This document shows, one piece after another, positions 25,801-37,800 of a DNA stretch of 64,000 bases. The notes under the pieces were generated by a model. That model had not been told where the DNA came from. It saw only the letters and a program-made list of their open reading frames with translations, and did no database searches. Position numbers and translations under genes: made by a program. Source of the DNA: Adineta vaga. Lineage: Eukaryota; Animalia; Rotifera. Each line of letters opens with the position of its first letter. Position 1 is the stretch's first letter. The stretch spans positions 992,001-1,056,000 of the forward strand of contig CP075497.1 of NCBI GenBank assembly GCA_021613535.1. Reading direction: 5' to 3'.

Positions 25801-28800
25801 GGCCGCACCGGCGATGAACAATTCACCAATTTGATGCTGGATGAGAACAGGCTGCAAGTAAGTATCAAGAATTTGACAGGTGTAATAGGTAAGTGGGTGA
25901 CCGATGGGCACGCTATTCGATTTCAGATCATCCTGTGTGACTAGGTGAAAAGTGGAGATGAGAGTGCATTCTGCGGGTCCATATAAATTATAGAGTTGAG
26001 CAGTCGAATTCATTAGCGGGTAAATGGTCGAAGCTGTTTGCGGTAAAAGAGCCTCACCTAATGAACATAATCGTCGTATGCTCATCAATGAGAGTTGTTG
26101 ATTCATAGATTTGTGCAGATGTTTAGCAAGGATGGCTATAAGAGTTGGAACCATGATGAGAACTGTTGTTTGATGTCGTTGGACCATAGATGCGAAATAA
26201 TTCATGTCAAGATTACCGTTCTGACGAAGCAGACAAAGCGTTCCGCCTAACCATAATGTACCGAGAATTTCTAGCATATGAATATCGAAGGTAGGTTGTG
26301 TCGTTTGCAGCACAACATCATGATGCATCATGATCGACGAATGAGTCAGTGAGTTGATACACACGGCAAAGTTTTTGTGAGTGATCGGAACCACTTTAGA
26401 TGTACCTGTTGAACCACTCGTAAAAACTAAGTAAGCTGTCCGTTCTACAGAATGTGAGTTCATCTCTTTGGTAATGATGTTATTCCATGACGATGAAAGA
26501 ACTTGTTCAATATCAACAACATTTGATGATATGAGTGCGTTTGTTCGTCTGTGAGTAAGGACACACTTGGCTTGCACTTGTTGAACCAATGAGAAGAGTC
26601 GTATAGACGGTTGATCCGAAGATAGAGGACAATATGAAGCACCGCTCATCAGAATCGACAATATACCGATGATCTATTATAAGTGAAGAGAATATTACTA
26701 CTATCCTTAAATCGAAAGCGACTTCAACTTACCATTTCGATGGAGCGCTCGACACATTGAGCGACAATGTCGTCTGGCTGCACTTGAACTCGGTCAATGA
26801 GATGGCGAGCCACTAGCTGTGATGAATGAAGTAGTTCAGCATAAGTTAGTGATTGATCATCAAGAATCACTGCCAACTTTTGTGGGTGTTCGCAAGTTTG
26901 ATGCGCGAACTGCTGTTGGATAGTTTGAATATTTGAAGGAAGTAGGAATTCCTCACTGCTGTTCATGTTTTGTAGTAATTGGATCTCATGTGGCAATAGA
27001 AGCGACAATTCACAGATTTGATTTGAGGTAGGAGAGGAAAGTACGTGGTTCAATAGTGAATGAAAGCGACGAGCCATCAATTCAACTGTCTTTGGTTCAA
27101 ATAGATCACTCGAAGCATCGAGTGACACTTGGATTAAACGTGTTGGCACGTTATAATGCAGCGAACATGTAAGATCGAATTTAGCCACACTTTGCGGATC
27201 AGTAGTTGTAGTCACGAGAGGACGCAAAATGATGTCGGAACTAAGTGCGACTCGATCGTGATGGTCAGTTTCAACAACAAATAATATCTGGAAAGCCGTA
27301 CTAGTCACACTCGAAACAATATCTTGATAGGGCAAATGTGCATGAGGTAGTGTAGCGAGAACGAGTTCTTTCACGCAGCCAACGAGAAATTCAAAGTTCT
27401 TATATGGCTCGATGGAAAGTCGATGTGGTACTGTGTTGACGAAAAAGCCAATAATATCTTCAAGCTCTGCCCGATTTCGATTTGCTGACACCGTGAGAAT
27501 ACATAGGTCTGTTTCTTGAGTTAATTTAAACAAAAATGCGTAGAATGTAGCCAGACCCAACTGAAAGAGAGTCGTTTCACACTCATTCAGATGATTTAGC
27601 ATACGATCAACAATATGTGAAGAAAGTTCGAAAGTTGCGGTTGACCCACGGCCTGATCGGATATTGCTGTCGTCTGGACGGCGATCGTAGGGCAACTGAA
27701 AATGAGGTTTGCTAAAGCCATCCAAGTGTTGTTTCCAGAAAACTCTTGCCGCGTCCATGTTTGTCTCTTTCTCGTGCATGGAGTAGTCGATGTAATCGAA
27801 GCTACATTGTGGAAGAGACCGATCAGTCGAATAGGCGTATTGTAAATTGTGAAAGAAGATGTCAATTGACGCTCCGTCAAATGCCGCATGATGAAAGTTG
27901 AATATGAGGATATCTGACGGTGTGAGAAGATCTCCAACGGTTGCTACAGATCGTCGAATAGCGTGACATCGAAACACTCGACCTTCATTCAAATCGAATA
28001 GACGAGGATTTGTTTCTTCATCATAGAGAATCTCTTGCAGATCTCTCTCATTACCAACTACCGTTATCATAATTTCTAATGGTACGTCGTCCACAATCTC
28101 TTGTTGGAGAATACCCTCACTCTCATCATATACCAGTCGTGTGCGAAGTGTCTTGTGTTTTTGAATTAGTGCAGAAAGTGCTCGTTTTAATCTCTCTAGT
28201 GAGATAGGCATCTGAACAATTTCATAGACAAGAGGAATGTGGTACGTGGCCACTGTCTCTCCCACATTACCGAAACGAACACGTTCATCCAAGTAGAGAC
28301 GAGTTTGAGCGAAGGAAGCAGGTCCTAAAACAAGATCAGTGAGAATGATATCCGAAAGGTCGATGTCTTACCTTTGCTGATATGAAACGACTGCCATTGC
28401 GGTTCTGTGGTGACCTGGTGAGTTTCGAGTAATCGGGCATGATCAACAATAGTTGCTTTACGAAAGAATTGACTAATTAATATAGAATTTGTGTCAAATT
28501 TAACTATTTTCTGATAAGAATAATACAGTTTCATGAGAAGAAGAGAATTGCCACCTAACTTGAAGAAACTAAAGCTCGTTGAAGGGATCGTGTCGAGTTG
28601 AAGAGTCTCACACCAAATAATTGATATGCGTCGTTCTATTTCTGTCTTGGGCTCCTTACCATATTCGTGACTAGCCTGTGTAATTATTATATCGGGGTTC
28701 GGAAGACGCGCTCGATCGACTTTCCCATTTTCGGACAATGGCAGCTTATCGAGTAAGACAAAGACAGACGGTACCATGTAGGGAGCTAATCTTTCTTGAC

Positions 28801-31800
28801 ATTTCTGTTGAAGCATCTGTTCAATGTTCTTGTCTGTTGTTTGAATAAAGGCCGCTAAATACTCATGTCCTATACTTGAATTCTCATGCTTGATAACAAC
28901 ACATTTGCCAATATTCGGAGATGCATCAGATAAAGTCTGTTCGATTTCTGCCAACTCGATCCGTTGTCCTCTCAATTTGACCATAAAATCTCGTCGACCT
29001 ACATAGTGAAGAGAATGGTCTGTGTTAAGTCTGACAAGATCACCTGTCTTGTAATATTGTTCTCCTTGTTCTGAAAGCTCAGTAATAAAAACACGCCGTG
29101 TCAAATCGTCTCGATTCAGATATCCAGGGAAAACGCTCGGTCCACTGACAAATAATTCACCAATTTGATGACCATCGGGCAAAATTGTTTCCATGTGTTG
29201 ATCCAAAATACGGCACTTAAGATTAGGCGAAAGTCGACCAATACAAACGGGCTCGATCACTTGTTTGATATCCTGAGTGATCTTATAAATGCTAACATCA
29301 GTACATTCAGCTGGTCCATATAAGTTAAAAATCGTAGCTCGAGTATTTTGTCGAAACTTTTTCAAAGATCGAGCATCCATCGGTTCACCTGACGAACACA
29401 GTGAGCGAAGTGTGCACAAACGTCCGAATGCATTGTCCTGCTCGAGTTGCTCACAAATGACAGTCAAGTGTGATGGTACCGAGTGCATGTAGGTCGCTTG
29501 ATGCGATTCGACGAGACGAGTCAAATAGTCCAATTGTATGTTTCCATCTGGATGAAGGAGAATCGATGTACCACCCATAAATAGACATCCGAGTAGTTCG
29601 GGAACATGAGCATCAAATGAACATGGAGTAATCTGCATGGCTGTGTCTGTAGGCAATAGTGAACCAATGTGAGCATAAGAGGCGACGGTGAGCAAAAGAT
29701 TTCGATGGGTCAATTGAACACCTTTGGGCTCACCTGTTGAACCGGATGTAAAAATGATGTAGGCTACTTGATCGACGCTACGAATGGGTGCGTCGAATGG
29801 CTGCACGATGGTATCGATTCCATTGAACAGTGCGAAAGAAGAAAGATTGATACTCATCGATTGGAATTTGTTTGCTGTTGCATCGTGTGTTAAAACATAA
29901 GCCGCATTTGTCTGATGGAAAATCGTTTGAAAACGTTTTTGAGGATGATTTGGTGTGAGCGGACAATAAATTGCACCACACATCATAGTCGCTAGAATAC
30001 CGAGCGGCATTTCGAGACTTCTCTCTACACATAATGGTACGATATCATTCGGTCGAATACGACATACATTGATGAGATGATAGGCTACGACTTGAGCAAA
30101 ATGAAAAAGCTCAGCATATGTCAAAGACTGATTATCAAGAACGACCGCTAATTTCTGTGGATGTTCGGCGACTCGGCATGCAAATTGTTCATGTATAGGC
30201 AGGAGATTTGTTTGATGTTGAAATTTATTGTCCGTGTTTATCGCTCGCAGTAGTTCGACTTCGTGTGGAAGAAATAGAGAAAGTTTACAAACAGAAGATG
30301 AAACAGAAGTGAAGATCTGAGAGAGTAGATACTCAAAACGACGAGCCATAGTCGTAACTGTTTCAGTATCGAACAGATCGAGAGAAGCATTAAACGAAAG
30401 TATTATGGAATGTGATTGAGAATTGTAATCGAGAGAACAAGTCAGATCAAACTTAGCGACATTATCGTCTTGTGTGGTTGCAAGTGGAATCAATCGAAAA
30501 GTGGGATCATCCGGTAATTGATGAATTGGTTCAGCGAGAAACAATGTTTGTATACCTGGCAGCTCACCCATTTCTTGATATGGAAAATAGGCATGACACA
30601 TCGATTCGAGACACATCTGCTTGATATACGCAAAGAATATCGCGACAGTCAAAGTAGGGTCGATGATGATTCGTTGAGGTAATGTATTCGAGAAAAATCC
30701 AATAATATCTTTCAAATCAACGCGGTAACGATTAGCCGATATTGTAAGCACGCATAGATCAGTTTCTTGAGTGAGTTTAAATAGAAATATATAAAATGCG
30801 GCAAGGCCGACTTGGAATAAAGTCATTTCCCGCTCGGTCATAAAGATAAAGATTTTATCGATCACATCTCGAGACAGCTCTAAACTCACGGTTAAGCCAC
30901 GACCAGATCGCGCGTTCTTTTCCTTTGGAAATCGATCGTAGGGCAACTGTAATAGACTGTTGGCGTATGCGTTCAAACGACATTTCCAATAAGTTCTCGC
31001 TTCATCCATGTTCATCTCTTTCTCATACATGGAGTAGTCGATGTAATTGAACAAGTCACGTGAAAGAGATCGATCACTGGAATAAGCTTCTTTCAAATCA
31101 CGAAAAAAGATACCAACAGATGTCCCATCAAATGCCGCATGATGAAAGTTGAATATGAGGATATCTGACGGTGTGAGAAGATCTCCAACGGTTGCTACAG
31201 ATCGTCGAATAGCATGACATCGAAATACTCGACCTTCATTCAAATCGAATAGACGAGGATTTGTTTCTTCGTCATAGAGAATCTCTTGCAGATCTCTCTC
31301 ATTACCAACTACCGTTATCATAATTTCTAATGGTACGTCGTCCACAATCTCTTGTTGGAGAATACCCTCACTCTCATCATATACCAGTCGTGTGCGAAGT
31401 GTCTTGTGTTTTTGAATTAGTGCAGAAAGTGCTCGTTTTAATCTCTCTAGTGAGATAGGCATCTGAACAATTTCATAGACAAGAGGAATGTGGTATGTGG
31501 CCACTGTCTCTCCCACATTACCGAAACGAACACGTTCATCCAAGTAGAGACGAGTTTGAGCGAAGGAAGCAGGTCCTTAAACAAGATCAATAGGGATAAC
31601 ATTATATTCGAGAACAACTTACCTTTGTTGATGTTGAAGGAATACCATTGTGGTTCTATGGTCATCTGATGAGTTTCGAGTAATTGAGCATGATCGAAAA
31701 TGGTTGCACGACGAAACAAGTCACTAATATTAATTGATTGTTGAAATTGAGTTTGATAGGCATGGTGTAGCTTCATGAGAAGAAGAGAATTACCGCCTAA

Positions 31801-34800
31801 CTTGAAGAAACTAAGGCTTGCGGAAGGAATCGATTCAAGATGGAGCACTTGTGACCAAATTGACGAGACTTGTCGTTCGATTTGTGTTCGAAATTGATCG
31901 TCTCTCACAGTCAGATCAGTGGAGAGGAGAAGTGAAAAGTCAGGTGGTGGAAGTGCTTTTCGATCTAGTTTACCGTTTAGATTGAGTGAAAAATGATCGA
32001 CAGGAATAAACAACGATGGCACCATGTACAGAGGCAAGTGTTTCATGCACTCGTCACGCAACATATTCACGTTCAAATGCACTTTCGTCTCAACATAACT
32101 AACCAGGTGTTCTACGCCATCATGATCGACTTTGACGACAACACAATTCGTGATCTCAGATGAAGATCGCATAATCTCTGCTTCTATTTCACCTAATTCA
32201 ATGCGTTGCCCTCTCAACTTTACCTGAAAATCGATTCGGCCAACAAAAACTAGTTGTCCATCAGGAGTAATTCGGGCAAGATCACCGGTTCGATAGAAGA
32301 CACCGTCATGGTTAGGGAATCGAACAAGCACTTTTTCACTCGCTTCGAGATCATTGAGATAGCCAGAAAAGATGCCAACACCGCCCAGGAAAATCTCACC
32401 GATGTTTCGCCCGTCAGGTATGACTTGCTGGCCGTAGCTATCAAGTACACGAACTTTTCGACCAGGTAGACATCGACCAATTGGTACAATCTCTGGAATG
32501 TCGTCGTCTGTAGGTTGCATTTTGTAGATTAGGGCTGATATGGTGCATTCAGCAGGAGCATAAATATTAATCAACAAACACGAATTTGATAAATACTTGA
32601 ACAATCTCTTCGCCGTCTTCCCTTGCAACTGTTCTCCTGAAAGACGTAAAATCTGCATTCTTTTAGAAAAATAGAGTGCTGTTATTTACCTCCTACAGTA
32701 ATTAGCTTCAGTGTAGCAAGACATCTAGAAATGTCTTCGTCTAAAATACTTTTCAAATACTCGCACAGGATCGATAAAGATGTTGGTACGAAATCCGCAA
32801 GAGTGGCTTGATTTCTGCGAATTGTTTGACAGAGATAAGCGCTGTCAAGATTACCGTGTGGTCGGAGAAGTACGAGTGTCGCACCCAACATAACACTGCC
32901 CATCAACTGTTGAGTATGCTCGTCAAATGAACAACTGGACATTTGAATGATGATGCTGCTCGCGCCGTTGAAATCATATTGTCCATATGAAAAGATTAGA
33001 GCTGTAAAGTTCCGATGGTTTGTTGGTACAACTTTGGGTATTCCCGTGGAGCCACTCGTAAAGATCAAGAAAGCAATATCGTTCATCGAAACATTGACAT
33101 ATGCGAGTGGCTCTGAGTCAGTCGCAATATTTGGACAGAGCAGTAGCGTGTCCATAGCTACATTGTTGTTCTGAATTAAATGATTCGTACTAGAATGAGT
33201 GAGAACACATCGTGGTCGAGTCAGGCCGATCAATAACTGCAATCTTTCGGAAGGTTCATGAGGTGAGAGAGGAAGATAGGAAGCACCACTGAATAGAATT
33301 GCCATGATACCAATTGACATTTCGATGGAACGCTCAACACATTGACCAACAATATCACCTGACTGCACTTGATACTGGTCAATAAGATGACGAGCCATCA
33401 ACTGCGATGAATAGAACAATTCAGCATAGGTGAGCGATTGATCATCAAGAATCACTGCCAATTTCTGTGGATGTTCCCATGCTCGACATGCAAATTGTTC
33501 ATGAATAGGTAGCAGATTCAAAGGAAGAAACAGTTGATCACCATTATTTAAATGATTTAGCAGCTCGTGTTCGTGGGGAAGAAGTAGTGTATATTCAAAG
33601 ATTGATGTGCTTACGGACGAGACTAACAGTTGATTAAGGAGACATTCAAATCGACGAGCCATTAACTCAATCGTGACTATTTCAAAGAGATCACTTGAAC
33701 CATTCAGAGTAATGATGATCGATCGTGCTTGAACGTTGTGATGAAAAGAACATGTTAGATCGAACTTAGCCACGCGTCGAGGATCAGTAGTGATCGCGGC
33801 AATGAATGAATGTAAACGTGTATTTGATTCCAGAAAAATTTCATTTCGCTGTTCAATTTCGACATCAAAAAGAATTTGTAGAGTACCAATGCCTGTTTTC
33901 GAGGTGATATCCTGAAAGGGTAGATGAGCATGTGGAATTGTGGCAAGAGTGAGATCTTTGACGCATTCTACAAGAGAAGTAAAATTCGAGTGTGGCCCAA
34001 TGATCAGTCGATTTGGCAATGTGTTCACAAAAACACCGATAATGTTTTCGAGTTCAGCTCGATGTCGATTGGCCGTTGTTGTTAGAATGCATAAATCTGT
34101 TTGTTGAGTTAGTTTGAATAGAAAAACATAAAACATTGAAAGACCAAGTTGGAAAAGAGTCACTTCATACTCAATCAAAAAGTTGAGCATTCGATCGGTA
34201 AGATCTTGACTGAGTTCGAAATCGAAGGTAATACCTAGACCCGATCGAGTTGTCTTATCGTTTGGAAATCGATCGTACGGTAACTGCAGAGTAGTGTTAG
34301 TAAATCCGCTCAAGTGTTGTTTCCAGAATATCATCGCCTCATCCATGTTTATCTTTTTCTCATGCATTGCATAGTCAATGTAATCAAAAACACAAGACTC
34401 AAGAGATGCATCAGTTGAGTAAGCTGTTTTGAGGTCATGGAAGAACAAATCAACTGATACCCCATCAAATGCCGCATGATGAAAGTTGAATATGAGGATA
34501 TCTGACGGTGTGAGAAGATCTCCAACGGTTGCTACAGATCGTCGAATAGCGTGACATCGAAATACTCGACCTTCATTCAAATCGAATAGACGAGGATTTG
34601 TTTCTTCATCATAGAGAATCTCTTGCAGATCTCTCTCATTACCAACTACCGTTATCATAATTTCTAATGGTACGTCGTCCACAATCTCTTGTTGGAGAAT
34701 ACCCTCACTCTCATCATATACCAGTCGTGTGCGAAGTGCCTTGTGTTTTTTAATTAGTGCAGAAAGAGCTCGTTTTAATCTCTCTAGTGAGATAGGCATC

Positions 34801-37800
34801 TGAACAATTTCATAGACAAGAGGAATGTGATATGTGGCCACTGTCTCTCCCACATTACCGAAACGAACACGTTCATCCAAGTAGAGACGAGTTTGAGCGA
34901 AGGAAGCAGGTCCTTAAACAAGATCAATAGGGATGACATTATATTCGAGAACAACTTACCTTTGTTGATGTTGAAGGAATGCCATTGTGGTTCTATGGTC
35001 ATCTGATGAGTTTCGAGTAATTGAGCATGATCGAAAATGGTTGCACGACGAAACAAGTCACTAATATTAATTGATTGTTGAAATTGAGTTTGATAGGCAT
35101 GGTGTAGCTTCATGAGAAGAAGAGAATTACCGCCTAACTTGAAGAAACTAAGGCTTGCGGAAGGAATCGATTCAAGATGGAGCACTTGTGACCAAATTGA
35201 CGAGACTTGTCGTTCGATTTGTGTTCGACATTGATCGTCTCTCACAGTCAGATCAGTGGAGAGGAGAAGTGAAAAGTCAGGAGGTGGAAGTGCTTTTCGA
35301 TCTAGTTTACCGTTTAGATTGAGTGAAAAATGATCGACAGGAATAAACAACGATGGCACCATGTACAGAGGCAAGTGTTTCATGCACTCGTCACGCAACA
35401 TATTCACGTTCAAATGCACTTTCGTCTCAACATAACTAACCAGGTGTTCTACGCCATCATGATCGACTTTGACGACAACACAATTCGTGATCTCAGATGA
35501 AGATCGCATAATCTCTGCTTCTATTTCACCTAATTCAATGCGTTGCCCTCTCAGCTTTACTTGAAAATCAATTCGGCCAACAAAAACTAGTTGTCCATCA
35601 GGAGTAATTCGGGCAAGATCACCGGTTCGATAGAAGACACCGTCATGGTTAGGGAATCGAACAAGCACTTTTTCACTCGCTTCGAGATCATTGAGATAGC
35701 CAGAAAAGATACCGACGCCGCCCAGAAAAATCTGACCAATGTTTCGGCCATCAGGTATGACTTGTGTATTCCATTTGTCGAGCACAAGAACTTTTCGACC
35801 AGGTAGACATCGACCAATTGGCACAATCTGTGGAATATCATTATCGTGAAACTTGATCTTGTAGTATAACGCCGATATAGTGCATTCTGCAGGAGCATAT
35901 ATATTTGCCAAAACACAGGTTGACTGCAAGTGATTGAAGATGGCCTTGACCGTCTTTCCTTGAAGTTGCTCACCTAAATCGACAAATAGAACGGAAATAT
36001 CAATATGAATAGTTCTTACCTCCGACGGTAATCATTTTCACAGTAGCGAGATGTTTGGATCTGGTTAGTTCTATTTGTTTGCTTAAGTATTCGCCCAGAA
36101 TCGCTATTGATGCTGGCACAAAGTCGATACGAGTAGCTTGATTTTTTTCAATTGTTTCACAAAGATAATGTGTGTCAAGATTACCATGTGGTCGAAGTAG
36201 TACAATCGTCGCACCACAAATTAAACCGCCCATACATTCGTTGGCATGTTCGTCGAATGAACAGCTGGCCATTTGAATTATGATATAATTTGAGCCATGG
36301 AACTGGAGTTGTCTGTACGATTGCACCATGTATGTGAAGTTCCGATGGTTTGTTGGTACAACTTTGGGTATTCCCGTGGAGCCACTCGTAAAGATCAAGA
36401 AAGCAATATCGTTCATCGAAACATTGACATATGCGAGTGGCTCTGAGTCAGTCGCAATATTTGGACAGAGCAGTAGCGTGTCCATAGCTACATTGTTGTT
36501 CTGAATTAGATGATTCGTACTAGAATGAGTGAGAACACATCGTGGTCGAGTCAGGCCGATCAATAACTGCAATCTTTCGGAAGGTTCATGAGGTGAGAGA
36601 GGAAGATAGGAAGCACCACTGAATAGAATTGCCATGATACCAATTGACATTTCGATGGAACGCTCAACACATTGACCAACAATATCACCTGACTGCACTT
36701 GATACTGGTCAATAAGATGACGAGCCATCAACTGCGATGAATAGAACAATTCAGCATAGGTGAGCGATTGATCATCAAGAATCACTGCCAATTTCTGTGG
36801 ATGTTCCCATGCTCGACATGCAAATTGCTCATGGATGAGCAGAAGATTGGAAGGAAGTAGGAGCTGATTACTACTGTCCAGTTGATCAACGATCTGAATT
36901 TCATGGGGAAGAAGCGGCGAAAATTGAGAGACTGCAGTTGAAGCGGAGTAAGTAAGCAATTGACGGAGAAGACATTCGAAACGTTGGGCTAATAATTCGA
37001 TAGTGATTGTCTCGAACAAATCGCTGGAAGCATTCAGAGAAACAGCCATAGATCTTTTGTGGACGTTATAATGAAGCGTACAGGTCAGATCAAACTTGGC
37101 CACACTGTATGGATCGGTGGTGCTACCGTTCAATGGATGTAAAAGTGTTTGAGAATCGAGAGCAATTTCATCATCTTGTAGTGTTTCAACATCAAAAAGT
37201 GTCTGCAACGAAGCAATATTGGTGTTCGTAGCAATCTGCTGAAAGGGTAGATGAGCGTATGGAAGTGTAACGAGAGCGAGATCTTTGACACGTTGCATTA
37301 GTGAAGTGAAACTGGAATGCGGCTCAATGATGAGTCGATATGGTAATGTATTGACAAAAACACCAATGAGGTTTTCAAGTTCCGCTCTTATTCGATTTGC
37401 AGTCACTGTTAGTACGCAAAGATCGTTTTCTTGCGTAATTTTGAACAGAAACATGTAGAATGCGGTCAGTCCCAGTTGGAAAAGAGTAGTCTCATGTGCC
37501 TCTATAAAGAGAAGCATGTGATCGACTAAGTCGTTAGATAGCTGTACAGTGACCGTTGTACCACGACCAGATACATTTTTATCACTTCGTGCGTGATCAT
37601 ACGGCAGCTGAAGGTAATAGTTCGAAAAGCTATCTAATTGTTGTTTCCAAAAAGTTCTTGCCTCGTCTAGAATTATTTCTTTCTCATGTATCGCATAATC
37701 AATGTAATCAAACATAGAAGATGAAAGAGGCTGATCGGAGGAATAGGCTTCTTTTAGATCTTGAAAGAACACGTCGATTGACCCGCCATCAAATGCTGCA

